From positions 253,723 to 317,722 of IMG/VR virus record IMGVR_UViG_3300037780_000034: a DNA stretch of 64,000 bases; one strand, 5' to 3'. The notes beneath the pieces are model-generated. The model saw only the letters and a list, made by a program, of their open reading frames with translations. It ran no database searches and had not been told where the DNA came from. Made by a program: the position numbers and the translations under genes. Shown here piece after piece: positions 1 through 10,032 of this stretch; within the stretch, counting starts at the first letter, position 1, and every line of letters begins with the position of its first letter. This DNA is from a virus (Duplodnaviria; Caudoviricetes).

Positions 1-1
1 G

Positions 2-2161
2 ATGACTGTTGGATCAGCGAGAGATAATAAATCAGCAAAAGAAGTTTTAAAAGAATATAAAAAGAATAATAAGTTATCAGAAAAAAGTTTAACAGAAGAT
101 CAAAAAATAGCTAAGGCAATAGGAAATTTAAACAAAATAAATGATGACGGTAGAAAAGATAATAATAAACATTTTCAAAGATTGGGAAATAATTTAAGAG
201 ATTTTTCACACAATATTGAACGTCATACATATACACTGAGTGAATTAATTACAAATAATTTGTCAGACCTTGGAAGAAATATTGGCGATATGTTAGGAAG
301 TGTAACTACAGCTTTTGCTAGTCCTATATTTGGAAAAGCAGTGGGAGCAGGTCTGGGTTCTGTAGTAGGAATGACTGTTGGTTTTGTTTTTCAAACATTA
401 GATACTTATTCAAAAAGTTTACTGCAACTTAGTGACATTGGTGCTTCTTTTGGTATATCACTTATGGATTTAAGAAATTCTGCTCAATTAGCTGGTATGA
501 ATATGGAAGATTTTAGCAGCTTGATTTCACAAAATTCACAAGCATTACGTGGATTAGGAAATAATGCTTCTGAAAGTATGATGATGTTTGCAAAAATAAG
601 TGAAAGTGTTCTTACTATGTCAGAAGATTTTAATTATTTTGGTATGAACATAAGTGATTTAAATGAAGCTATAATGCAAGAAATAGAAATCAGAAGAAAA
701 AGTGGATTATTAGTATCACAAAATAACGCAGATTTGGCAGATAGTATGAAAGATTTGTTTTTTCAAACATCGGCAGTAGCATCATTAACCGGACAAAACA
801 GACGTGATATGTTAAGAAGTCGTCAAGAAATGGTAAGTGATCCTGTTATAAGCGCATTTTTAACTACATTAGATGAACCACAACAAGAAGCATTTAAAAA
901 TACTATTTCTATGGTGACAGGATTATTTGGAGAAGAATTAACACGAGGGTTTCAGAGCAGTATAGTTACTGGTCGTGAATTAGAAAGCTTTGTTGGTCCA
1001 CAAATGGCCTTTTTAGAACAAATATTTGGTGGTGACTTTAGAGAAATTATATCTGTATTACGTGATGATATAATGGCAGGAGCAAGTTCTGAAGATATAA
1101 GTAATCGCTTTTTATCACTTATTTCACAGCTAACAGAAAATGAAGATAATTTACAAACATTAATAAATGTAGCATTAGCTGAAGGGCCTATGTCTGCTGA
1201 AGCACAGCGTGCATTAGCTACTTCTGCAAATTTACGCGGATTAACAGAAAGAAATTTAACTCCGCAAGACATTGCAAGAATGACCGAAGAAGAAATAACT
1301 AAATTAATGTCACAAAGTGCTGCTGCTATTCCTGCTGAACAAGAAAGAGCAATGAATGCTGTTCGTGCTTCATTATTAGAAACATTTGATAATATGTTAC
1401 AGATTGACGATGCTGGTGGAGGACTAGTTACAGCATTAGAAACAATTAGAAGTAGTTTTACAGATGCAGATGGAAATGTTCGTCCTTTTGAGGAAGGAAT
1501 GGGCGATATACTTAGTATGTTAGGCGAAGAAGTTATTCAAACACTAACTCAAATTGATATGTTAGATGTATTAAACAAAATCTATGATTTATGGAAGGAA
1601 ACTGGTCCTATAGGTAAAACAATCATTGCAATATCTATAGCACTTGCTGCAATTCGTGCAGCTTCTTTAGTTGGTTCAACTGCTTCTGTTTTATCTAATT
1701 TAGCAAAAAATGATGTTACAAGAAATGTTACAAGAAGAGTAGCATCTTTTCTTGTAAGAAGAGCAGGACCACTAGCTCCTTTTATAGTCCCTACAACAAT
1801 GGGTGATGGAACATTAACAGATAATCCAAATATTTACGAAGGTTTAACTCAAGAAATGGTTGATACTGATATGTCACCACAACAACAAGCTGAATTAGAA
1901 CGTAATAAACTAAAAATTGATCATCTAACTGCGGTGATACAAGCAAGGTTAGATAAAATAGATATACAAAATGAAGAACAAGTTTTGGATTTGGTAAGAA
2001 GTGGTCAACAAGTTCCTGAAACTATGTTAAATCAAATAACTGATAGATCATTACTAACTTCTATACAACGAATGAACCAATTGCTTTATTCAATAAATGA
2101 ATCAATAAATCAAGGAAATAGAGCAAACGTTCGTGCAATAGAAGAGTATTCAACTAACTAA
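2..2161 (+). CDS. Tape-measure-like / tail-associated helical protein (probably 5'-truncated by the window edge)
   Basis: 719-aa predicted helical protein with Ala/Gly-rich hydrophobic stretches (GKAVGAGLGSVVGMTVGFVF; IIAISIALAAIRAASLVG), just upstream of the portal gene. The function is inferred. Confidence 0.45.
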   Translation: MTVGSARDNKSAKEVLKEYKKNNKLSEKSLTEDQKIAKAIGNLNKINDDGRKDNNKHFQRLGNNLRDFSHNIERHTYTLSELITNNLSDLGRNIGDMLGSVTTAFASPIFGKAVGAGLGSVVGMTVGFVFQTLDTYSKSLLQLSDIGASFGISLMDLRNSAQLAGMNMEDFSSLISQNSQALRGLGNNASESMMMFAKISESVLTMSEDFNYFGMNISDLNEAIMQEIEIRRKSGLLVSQNNADLADSMKDLFFQTSAVASLTGQNRRDMLRSRQEMVSDPVISAFLTTLDEPQQEAFKNTISMVTGLFGEELTRGFQSSIVTGRELESFVGPQMAFLEQIFGGDFREIISVLRDDIMAGASSEDISNRFLSLISQLTENEDNLQTLINVALAEGPMSAEAQRALATSANLRGLTERNLTPQDIARMTEEEITKLMSQSAAAIPAEQERAMNAVRASLLETFDNMLQIDDAGGGLVTALETIRSSFTDADGNVRPFEEGMGDILSMLGEEVIQTLTQIDMLDVLNKIYDLWKETGPIGKTIIAISIALAAIRAASLVGSTASVLSNLAKNDVTRNVTRRVASFLVRRAGPLAPFIVPTTMGDGTLTDNPNIYEGLTQEMVDTDMSPQQQAELERNKLKIDHLTAVIQARLDKIDIQNEEQVLDLVRSGQQVPETMLNQITDRSLLTSIQRMNQLLYSINESINQGNRANVRAIEEYSTN

Positions 2162-2163
2162 TG

Positions 2164-2171
2164 TATAAATA
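2164..2171 (+). promoter_or_regulatory. T4-type late promoter TATAAATA
   Basis: Exact TATAAATA about 30 nt before the portal ATG. Confidence 0.75.
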
Positions 2172-2200
2172 TACATATAATAAAGAAAGAGTTTAAAAAT

Positions 2201-3931
2201 ATGTCTTGGAAAAAACATTTTACCGTATATCAAACAAAAAATAAAAGTTCTGGTAGTGCAAAAGAAGGATACAATAGTAGATTTCAAAGTTGGCTTCCAG
2301 AAGTTTATACTGGTATGCCAAACAGAACTGAAAGATATATGCAATATGATCAAATGGATATGGATAGTGAAATCAATATGGCATTGGATACTATTGCAGA
2401 ATTTGCTACACAAATTGACGAAAAAACTGCATCACCTTTTCAAATAAACTATAAAAACAATCCAACTGAAAGTGAAGCAAAAATAATAGAACAATCTCTT
2501 AAACAATGGTGTAATATCAATGACTGGGATAGACGTATATTCAGAACATTTAGAAATGTTATAAAATATGGAGACCAACCATTTGTTCGTGATCCAGAAA
2601 CTTGGGAATTATTATACGTAAACCCTCAAGATGTTATTGGTGTAGTAATAAATGAAAGTGAAGGCAAAGACCCAGAACAATATATACTTAAAAATTTAGA
2701 TTTAAATATACGTGATAAAACTGCTACTACTCCTATTGGTATAAACAAAACCACTGGTGGAATATCGCCAAGCACATTTACACAACCAACAAGACAAACT
2801 GTTAATACAAGTTATAGTCAACAATTAGCATATGGAACAAATGAAGAAGTATATGTAAATGCAACTAATATTGTTCATATCGCTATGACCGAAGGTATGG
2901 ATAGTAATTATCCTTTTGGAAGTAGTATACTTGATCCTATATTCAAAACATATAAACAAAAAGAATTGCTTGAAGATGCAATTATAATATATCGTGTTCA
3001 GCGTGCTCCAGAAAGACGTGTCTTTTATATAGACACGGGTGATATGCCACCACACCGTGCAAATTCATTTTTGGAAAGAGTTAAGATGGAAGTCCATCAA
3101 AAAAGAATTCCAAATAAAACTGGTGGAGGAAGCACAATTATGGATGCACAATATTCTCCTCTTAGTATGTTAGAAGATTACTTTTTTGCCCAATCAAGTG
3201 ATGGCCGTGGTTCAAAGGTAGAGGTTTTGCCCGGTGGTGATAATCTTGGCGAAATAAGTGATTTACAATTCTTTACTGATAAAATGATGAGGGGGTTACG
3301 AATTCCATCAAGCTATATGCCAATGGCTCACGATGACAGTGGTCCAAACTTTACAGATGGTAGAGTAGGAACTAGCTTTATTCAAGAATTTAGATTTAAC
3401 AAATATTGTATGAGATTGCAAAATATAATACAACCAGTGTTTGATAGAGAATTTAAAAGATTTATGAAGCATCGTGGATTTAACATTGATTCAAGTATAT
3501 TTGATTTACGATTTGGTGAACCACAAAGTTTTAGCGATTATCGTCAAATTGAATTGGATAGTGCAAAAGCTGGTGTATTTGGACAAGTTGAAGGAACTGC
3601 ATATTTAAGTCGTAGATTTGTTCTAAAAAGGTATCTTGGACTTACTGATGATGAAATTCTTGAAAATGAACGTTTATATTTTGAAGAAAATAGTGATAAA
3701 GTTATAAAAAATACCTCTGTTGATAGTGGGCTAGGTGGTTCTGGAATGGACGATATGGGCTTTAGAACAAATGATTTTGAAGGTGATTTAGAAGGCGGTG
3801 ATGATTTTGATTTAGGTGGCGAAGGCGATATCGGAACAGAAACACCATCTGATGAAGGTTCAGCATCACCATTAGGAGGTGGTGAACCACAAACGCCACC
3901 ACCAACTGGCGGAACACAAGGAACAGTATAA
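2201..3931 (+). CDS. gp20: Portal vertex protein (T4 gp20-like)
   Basis: Motifs YKQKELLEDAIIIYRVQRAPERRVFYIDTG, LEDYFF..GRGSKVEVLPGGDNLGEI and EFRFNKYCMRLQ; acidic Gly-rich C-terminal tail. Confidence 0.95.
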   Translation: MSWKKHFTVYQTKNKSSGSAKEGYNSRFQSWLPEVYTGMPNRTERYMQYDQMDMDSEINMALDTIAEFATQIDEKTASPFQINYKNNPTESEAKIIEQSLKQWCNINDWDRRIFRTFRNVIKYGDQPFVRDPETWELLYVNPQDVIGVVINESEGKDPEQYILKNLDLNIRDKTATTPIGINKTTGGISPSTFTQPTRQTVNTSYSQQLAYGTNEEVYVNATNIVHIAMTEGMDSNYPFGSSILDPIFKTYKQKELLEDAIIIYRVQRAPERRVFYIDTGDMPPHRANSFLERVKMEVHQKRIPNKTGGGSTIMDAQYSPLSMLEDYFFAQSSDGRGSKVEVLPGGDNLGEISDLQFFTDKMMRGLRIPSSYMPMAHDDSGPNFTDGRVGTSFIQEFRFNKYCMRLQNIIQPVFDREFKRFMKHRGFNIDSSIFDLRFGEPQSFSDYRQIELDSAKAGVFGQVEGTAYLSRRFVLKRYLGLTDDEILENERLYFEENSDKVIKNTSVDSGLGGSGMDDMGFRTNDFEGDLEGGDDFDLGGEGDIGTETPSDEGSASPLGGGEPQTPPPTGGTQGTV

Positions 3932-4146
3932 TGAATATTATAAAAGAATATTATGAAGCAGAAAATGATAATTTTACAAAACATTATCCAGACGATACCA
4001 GAAAAGTTCACTTATCATTGCGTCATTTAAACTTATTGAGAAAAAGAAGAGAATTGCAAAATCTTGAAAATCAAGCAAGAATTGAAAGATTAAAATTAAT
4101 ATATGGAACATCAAGTGACGAGGGTGGTGGCGATTTTGGATTATAA
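3931..4146 (+). CDS. Small hypothetical head-module protein
   Basis: 71 aa; overlaps the portal stop by 1 nt and lies between the portal and core genes. Confidence 0.7.
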   Translation: MNIIKEYYEAENDNFTKHYPDDTRKVHLSLRHLNLLRKRRELQNLENQARIERLKLIYGTSSDEGGGDFGL

Positions 4147-4205
4147 ATACTAAAATATGCGTTTTTTAGCCTTAAAAAGCATATTTTTGATTAAAAATAT
4201 AAATA
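4142..4205 (+). promoter_or_regulatory. Two TATAAATA late promoters (4142-4149, 4198-4205) flanking an inverted repeat
   Basis: Two exact TATAAATA; arms AAAATATGC (4152-4160) and GCATATTTT (4179-4187) lie between them. Confidence 0.65.
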
Positions 4206-4259
4206 AAATTGATTGTATATGACAACGCTGTGTCACATATATAAAAGGAGTATTAAATA

Positions 4260-5141
4260 ATGAGCACAAAAAAATTAGAAAGTGTTTTACAACTTCTTAT
4301 AAATGAAGAAACTGACAAAGCCAGTGAAATTCTTCATAATATAATTGTTGAAAAATCACGTAACATCTTTTTGAATATGATCAAAGAAGATGAAGATTTA
4401 GAAAAAGCTATGACAGAAGCAGAAGATGACGAATATGATTTTGATGTTTCTGATATGGAAAATGATTTAGAAGATGATATTTCAGACGATGTTGAAAACT
4501 ACGACGACATGATTGATTCAGAAGAAATGTATGAAGCCGATGATGATGACGACGAAGATGAAATGGATATGGATGATGCAGAAATGGATTTGTCAGATGA
4601 AATGTCTGATGAAGAAATGGCTGATGATGAAATGGATATGGACGATGCAGAAATGGACATACCTGATGATGGAATGGATATGGACAATGCAGAAATGGAC
4701 ATACCTGATGAAGAAAAAATACAACAAGCATTAGATGAATTACAAGCATTTTTTGATGAATACATTGGCGATTCTGATGACGATGAAATGAATGATGATT
4801 TTGGTGCAGAAGAAACAGATACTGAATATGATTACGACGAAGATGAAACATCTATGGATGATGAAATGTCTATGGATGATGAAATGGACGATGAAAAAAT
4901 CAAAGAAAGTGTTCAGTTGAATAAAGTTGCTGCCCCTTCAAATAAAGTTGGCGATGATGGAAAATCATCACCTGTTGCAAAGGGTAAAGGCCACGACCTC
5001 GGCAAACCAATGAAAAATGCTATTGTTAATAAGGAAGAAACTGGTGGAACTGCTACAAAACCAAAAGAACTTGGTGTTCCTGGTCCACAAGCACACGGTG
5101 CTAAAATGAAGCCTGCAACAGTTCGCAAAATGAAAGGTTAA
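4260..5141 (+). CDS. Highly acidic prohead core / scaffold-like protein
   Basis: Long D/E/M-rich tract followed by a basic C-terminus; IKE|S is a plausible gp21 cleavage site; sits between portal and protease. Confidence 0.7.
   Translation: MSTKKLESVLQLLINEETDKASEILHNIIVEKSRNIFLNMIKEDEDLEKAMTEAEDDEYDFDVSDMENDLEDDISDDVENYDDMIDSEEMYEADDDDDEDEMDMDDAEMDLSDEMSDEEMADDEMDMDDAEMDIPDDGMDMDNAEMDIPDEEKIQQALDELQAFFDEYIGDSDDDEMNDDFGAEETDTEYDYDEDETSMDDEMSMDDEMDDEKIKESVQLNKVAAPSNKVGDDGKSSPVAKGKGHDLGKPMKNAIVNKEETGGTATKPKELGVPGPQAHGAKMKPATVRKMKG
4557..4721 (+). repeat. Three imperfect in-frame repeats encoding (E/G)MDMD(D/N)AEMD
   Basis: Copies of the g(a/g)aatggatatgga(t/c)(g/a)atgcagaaatgga core begin near 4557, 4626 and 4671. 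Confidence 0.8.
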
Positions 5142-5147
5142 TGGATA

Positions 5148-5783
5148 ATGTTTACGCCTCTTAGAGAAATAGTGTCTCCAACAAGTGCAAATATAGTAAC
5201 CGAAGCTATTGATAATGGTTCCGGTGGAAAAGATTTGTATATGAAAGGCATTTTTATAGAAGGGGACAGACGAAATCAAAATAATCGTATATATCCTGTT
5301 AGTGAAATTAGTAATGCTGTTAAAACATTAAAAGAAAAAATTTCAAAAGGATATTCTGTTCTTGGTGAGGCAGACCATCCAGAAGACTTGAATATAAATC
5401 TAGACCGTGTTTCTCATATAATAGTTGATATGAATATGAATGGAAGCAACGGAATTGGAAAACTAAAAATGTTGCCTACCCCTATGGGCAATGTTTGCAA
5501 AACGTTATTAGAAAATAACGTAAAACTTGGAGTAAGTTCAAGAGGTAGTGGTGATGTTGATATGAATGGTAATGTGAGCGGATTTGAAATAATAACAGTT
5601 GATATTGTTGCAAATCCAAGTGCACCTAATGCATATCCTTCACCAATTTATGAAAATCTTATGAACCATCGTAGGGGCAATGTTATTTGGGATGTTGCCA
5701 CTGCTTCTAAATTTGATCCAAGTGCACAAAGACACCTCCAGAAAGAGGTAATAAATTTCATTAGAGACCTGGGGAGAAAATGA
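5148..5783 (+). CDS. gp21: Prohead protease (T4 gp21-like)
   Basis: YMKGIFIEGDRRNQNNRIYP, LGEADHP (His), LGVSSRGSG (Ser), FEIITVDIVANPSAP. Confidence 0.95.
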   Translation: MFTPLREIVSPTSANIVTEAIDNGSGGKDLYMKGIFIEGDRRNQNNRIYPVSEISNAVKTLKEKISKGYSVLGEADHPEDLNINLDRVSHIIVDMNMNGSNGIGKLKMLPTPMGNVCKTLLENNVKLGVSSRGSGDVDMNGNVSGFEIITVDIVANPSAPNAYPSPIYENLMNHRRGNVIWDVATASKFDPSAQRHLQKEVINFIRDLGRK

Positions 5784-6883
5784 TGAACAAAACATTTGAC
5801 AGTATAATGAACTCAGAGTTTCTTTCAGATGAAGTAAAGGCAAACATTTCTGAAGCTTGGGAAGCAAAAATGTCTGAAATGCGTGATGAAATCACCGCAG
5901 AATTACGCGAAGAATTTGCAGCACGTTATGAAAATGATAAAGCACAAATTGTTAACGCAATGGACGCTATGCTTACCGATGTAATAAAAGAAGAGTTAAA
6001 TGAATTTGCTCAAGATAAAAAAGCACTACAAGAAGATAGAGTTGCTTATCGCAAAGCTATTAAAGAACACGCTAAAATTCTTGATAAACAAATAAACGAA
6101 ACTCTTGTAAAAGAAATTGCTGAACTTAAAGAAGATAGAAACCAGCAAAAAAATAATATTGCTAAACTTGAAGAATTTGTTTTAGCAAAATTAACAGAAG
6201 AATTAAACGAATTCCATATAGACAAAAAAGCGTTGGTAGAACAACGTGTCCGTATGGCTAAAGAAGGAAAGCGTGTAATCGAAGAAGCCCGAACTCAGTT
6301 CATACAAAAATCTGCTAAAAAAGTTAATAAAATCATAGAAAACGTATTACGCAGCGAAATTAAAGTCTTAAAAGAAGACATTAAAACCGCTAAAGAAAAC
6401 GAATTTGGAAGAAAGATTTTTGAAACTTTTGCAACAGAGTTTATGACTAGTGCACTCTCAGAAGGAACACAAATTTCTAAACTTTCACGTAAACTAAAAG
6501 TTCTTGAAGCTAAGTTGAGTGAAAGTAGCAAACTCCTTGAAAATAAAGATAAAGCAATTATGGAAGCCCAACGTGCCGCAAGAATCGCAAAAGATTTAAG
6601 CAATCGTAAAGCTATCATAAATGAAATGCTTTCTCCGCTTAACAAGGATCAACGTGCGGTAATGACCTCGCTACTTGAATCTGTAAAAACAGAAAAGTTG
6701 CGTGACTCTTTCAACAAATACTTACCAACAGTATTGAATGAAAATAATGTCAAAACTTCACACACTAAGGCAAAGCTTACTGAAACCAAAACAGTTGTTA
6801 CCGGGGATAGAGCTTTAAGAACCAAACCTGAAGTTGATGGTTCCGCCGAAATAATTAGAATTAAAAAATTAGCCGGTATATAA
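5780..6883 (+). CDS. gp22: Prohead core scaffold protein (T4 gp22-like)
   Basis: Coiled-coil protein between protease and MCP; FLSDEVKANISEAWEAK...ELREEFAARY; ends EIIRIKKLAGI. Confidence 0.85.
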   Translation: MMNKTFDSIMNSEFLSDEVKANISEAWEAKMSEMRDEITAELREEFAARYENDKAQIVNAMDAMLTDVIKEELNEFAQDKKALQEDRVAYRKAIKEHAKILDKQINETLVKEIAELKEDRNQQKNNIAKLEEFVLAKLTEELNEFHIDKKALVEQRVRMAKEGKRVIEEARTQFIQKSAKKVNKIIENVLRSEIKVLKEDIKTAKENEFGRKIFETFATEFMTSALSEGTQISKLSRKLKVLEAKLSESSKLLENKDKAIMEAQRAARIAKDLSNRKAIINEMLSPLNKDQRAVMTSLLESVKTEKLRDSFNKYLPTVLNENNVKTSHTKAKLTETKTVVTGDRALRTKPEVDGSAEIIRIKKLAGI

Positions 6884-6905
6884 TAAACGCTAAGGAGATA
6901 TTAAA

Positions 6906-8063
6906 ATGGCAAACCTATTCGAACAATGGTCAGCTACAAAAGAAGCACTAACTGACGGGCTGACTGGAAATCGTAAAACAGTTATGGAAACAGTATTGGA
7001 AAATACTAAGCGTTCCTTAATGGAAAGTGCAACCACTGGTGCAACAATGGCTGGTAACGTAGCAACTTTAAACAAAGTTATTCTACCTGTTATCCGCCGT
7101 GTTATGCCAACAGTCATAGCCAATGAATTAGTTGGTGTTCAACCAATGACTGGTCCTGTTGGACAAATTCACACTCTACGTGTGCGCTACGCTGAAACTG
7201 CTGCTGGTGTTACTTCTGGCCAAGAAGCACTAAGCCCATTTGCAATTGCAAGAGGATATGCAGGTAATGCAGCTACTGGTAAAGCAGAAGCTACAAGCAC
7301 TCTTGAAGGACGCCCAGGCCGTAAACTTAACATTCAAATCGTTAAGCAAACTGTTGAAGCTAAGTCCAGAAAGCTAAGTGCACGTTGGACCTTTGAAGCT
7401 GCACAAGATGCACAAGCGATGCACGGTATTGATGTAGAAGCAGAAATTATGGCTGCTCTTGCACAAGAAATCACTACTGAAATTGATCAGGAAATTCTAA
7501 CATCCTTGTCAACACTAGCTGGTGCTGCTGCTTACACCTTTGACCAAGGTGCCGTAAGCGGAACCGCAACTTTCGTTGGTGATGAACATGCTGCTCTTGC
7601 AGTTTTAATTAACAAAGCTGCCAACGATATAGCAGCACGCACGCGTCGTGGTGCTGGTAACTGGTTAGTTGTTAGCCCAAGCATCTTGACAGTTCTACAA
7701 AGTGCTACTACTTCTGCATTTGCAAGAACAACTGAAGGCGCTTTTGAAGCACCAACCAACACAAAGTTGGTAGGAACTTTGAACAACGTAATGAAAGTTT
7801 ATGTTAACCAGTATGCAACCAATGATGACGTTCTTGTTGGTTATAAAGGTCAAAGTGAAAGTGATGCTGCTGCATTCTACTGCCCATATGTGCCATTAAT
7901 GAGCACTGGTTCAGTTCTTGATCCAGACACTCTAGAGCCAGTAGTTGGCTTCATGACGCGTTATGGTTATGTAGAACTTTCCAACACTGCTTCATCTTTG
8001 GGCAATGCTGCGGACTATCTAAACAAAATAGAAGTTACTACTGCAAACCTATCATTCTCCTAA
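6906..8063 (+). CDS. gp23: Major capsid protein (T4 gp23-like)
   Basis: LPVIRRVMPTVIANELVGVQPMTGPVGQIHTLRVRY, RKLSARWTFEAAQD, AFYCPYVPL, GFMTRYG; likely maturation cleavage at LME|S; GGAG RBS. Confidence 0.97.
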   Translation: MANLFEQWSATKEALTDGLTGNRKTVMETVLENTKRSLMESATTGATMAGNVATLNKVILPVIRRVMPTVIANELVGVQPMTGPVGQIHTLRVRYAETAAGVTSGQEALSPFAIARGYAGNAATGKAEATSTLEGRPGRKLNIQIVKQTVEAKSRKLSARWTFEAAQDAQAMHGIDVEAEIMAALAQEITTEIDQEILTSLSTLAGAAAYTFDQGAVSGTATFVGDEHAALAVLINKAANDIAARTRRGAGNWLVVSPSILTVLQSATTSAFARTTEGAFEAPTNTKLVGTLNNVMKVYVNQYATNDDVLVGYKGQSESDAAAFYCPYVPLMSTGSVLDPDTLEPVVGFMTRYGYVELSNTASSLGNAADYLNKIEVTTANLSFS

Positions 8064-8089
8064 TAGAGAAGACACAGCGAGACTAAGGG

Positions 8090-8116
8090 AAACGGCCTTC
8101 GGGCCGTTTTTCTTTT
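8090..8116 (+). terminator. Rho-independent terminator after the MCP gene
   Basis: AAACGGCC-TTCG-GGCCGTTT (UUCG loop) followed by a T-rich tract. Confidence 0.9.
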
Positions 8117-8121
8117 ATACA

Positions 8122-8150
8122 TTGACAACAATCCTTTTATGATATATAAG
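8122..8150 (+). promoter_or_regulatory. Sigma70-type promoter for the endonuclease triplet
   Basis: TTGACA (8122)-17 nt-TATAAG (8145), immediately after the terminator. Confidence 0.7.
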
Positions 8151-8223
8151 TATAGTTGGTATTTGAGTTACCATACACTGATTCTATTGTTGTGTCAACT
8201 ACAAGATAAAAGGATATTTGATA

Positions 8224-10032
8224 ATGTCGGACAATATAAAAAACAAAATATTAGAAATAATAACTAATAATCCCAGACATTATACAAGAATGATTAAGAG
8301 TAATAGTGAATTAAATGATTGGATATTATCCAATTCATATGAAATTGATAATTATGCAGAAAGAATATATGTTTCTATTAATGGGGTTCCGTTAGAAAAA
8401 GAGTGTGGTAAGTATCCTAAATTTAATACAATATTTAAAGGATTTTTTGACTATTGTGGTTCTAAAACCAAATGCCAATGTGCAAGAAATGCTCAAAGTA
8501 ATGCTATTAAAAATATACACAATAACAAAAGTGATATTGAAAAAGAAAGAGAAAATGATAAGAGGGTTGCAACATTAATAGAAAGATATGGTGTTTCTAA
8601 TCCTATGTATTCTGTGGAATTCAAAGAAAAATTAAAAGAAACTAATCTTGAACGATATGGTGTTGAAAATCCATTACAAAGTAAAGAAATACAAGAAAAA
8701 ATAAAACAAACTAATATTGAAAAATATGGATTTGAAAGTCCGTTACAAAATAAAGAAATCAAAAACAAAATAAAACAAACTAATATTGAAAAATATGGTT
8801 CAAATCATAATATGCAATTTGCTCGTAAAAAACTATATAAAAAATATGATGGAAATCCATTTCAATCAAAAGAAATAAGAAAAAAAATAAAAGATATAAT
8901 GAATGAAAAGTATGGAGTAAGCCATCCATTACAAGTTGAATCTTTTAAAGAAAAATCAAAACAAACCAGTATAGAGAGATATGGGGTTGATAATCCTGCA
9001 CAAAAGCATATTTCCAAAGAATCTTTAGAAATATTAAACTCAAAAGAATTATTTTGTGAATTCATAAAAGATAAAACTGTTTATGAAATATCAAAAGAAC
9101 TTGGGGTTGAAAGCACATTAATATATAGGTCAGTAAAAAAATATGATGCACAAGATTTATATCAGAAAAAGGGACCATCATATCTTGAAAGTGAAATGAA
9201 AGAATTCCTTGATATTCACAATATACCATATGAAATTAATAATAGAACTATTTTAAATGGAAGTGAATTAGACTTTTATATTCCGGATTATGCTATGGCT
9301 ATAGAAATGAATGGGGTATATTGGCATAATGATGTAGCACGTCCTGAGATAAAATATCATTATAATAAGTGGAAAATGTGTAGTGATCAAAAAATACATC
9401 TTGTAAGTATATTTGAAGATGATTGGAGGTTACAAAAAGAAAAAGTATGTAATATGTTATTGGGATTTTTCAGAAAGAAGCTAAAAGGTATTCCTGCAAG
9501 AAAATCACATATAGTCAAAATAAGTGGAAAAGTTGCAAAACCATTTTTAGATCAGTATCATTTGCAAAATTTTGTTACAGGGACGCATTATGGAGCATTT
9601 GATGACAATGATAATCTTATTGGGGTTATGACCTTTGGCACTACTCGTAATGGTAGATTTGAGTTAAAGAGATTTGTTATGGATAATTACAATCACGCAG
9701 GATTGTTTTCAAAGTTATTTACATATGCACAGCGTGACTTACAATTTAATGAAGTAGTAAGTTTTAGTGATAATACTTGTTTTACTGGTAATGTTTATAA
9801 AAAGAATGGATTTACATTTATCAAAGAAATTAAACCAGATTATCGTTACTTGATAAATGGAAAAAGAGTTCATAAAAGTAATTATACCAAACAAAGAATA
9901 AAATCAAACTTTCCAGAATTATGCGAATCTATTGATAATGGTATGAGTGAAATCGCTGCAATGAGTTATTTGGGAATTCCTCGTATATGGGATTGTGGAA
10001 AATGTGAATGGGTATGGAAATCAAATGACTGA
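8224..10032 (+). CDS. Hef-like free-standing (homing) endonuclease 1
   Basis: K(E/Q)TN(L/I)E(R/K)YG repeats; Vsr/DUF559-type core (ELDFYIP..AIEMNGVYWH..IFEDDW); C-terminal HLQ..YG..GVMTFG..ELKRF..SFSD..IWDCG domain. ATG at 8224 follows an AAGGA RBS. Confidence 0.75.
   Translation: MSDNIKNKILEIITNNPRHYTRMIKSNSELNDWILSNSYEIDNYAERIYVSINGVPLEKECGKYPKFNTIFKGFFDYCGSKTKCQCARNAQSNAIKNIHNNKSDIEKERENDKRVATLIERYGVSNPMYSVEFKEKLKETNLERYGVENPLQSKEIQEKIKQTNIEKYGFESPLQNKEIKNKIKQTNIEKYGSNHNMQFARKKLYKKYDGNPFQSKEIRKKIKDIMNEKYGVSHPLQVESFKEKSKQTSIERYGVDNPAQKHISKESLEILNSKELFCEFIKDKTVYEISKELGVESTLIYRSVKKYDAQDLYQKKGPSYLESEMKEFLDIHNIPYEINNRTILNGSELDFYIPDYAMAIEMNGVYWHNDVARPEIKYHYNKWKMCSDQKIHLVSIFEDDWRLQKEKVCNMLLGFFRKKLKGIPARKSHIVKISGKVAKPFLDQYHLQNFVTGTHYGAFDDNDNLIGVMTFGTTRNGRFELKRFVMDNYNHAGLFSKLFTYAQRDLQFNEVVSFSDNTCFTGNVYKKNGFTFIKEIKPDYRYLINGKRVHKSNYTKQRIKSNFPELCESIDNGMSEIAAMSYLGIPRIWDCGKCEWVWKSND

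Noticed and set aside
4408-4851. His/Pro-rich and Ser-rich minus-strand ORFs
   Set aside because: Antisense shadows of the GAT/GAA-rich acidic core gene.
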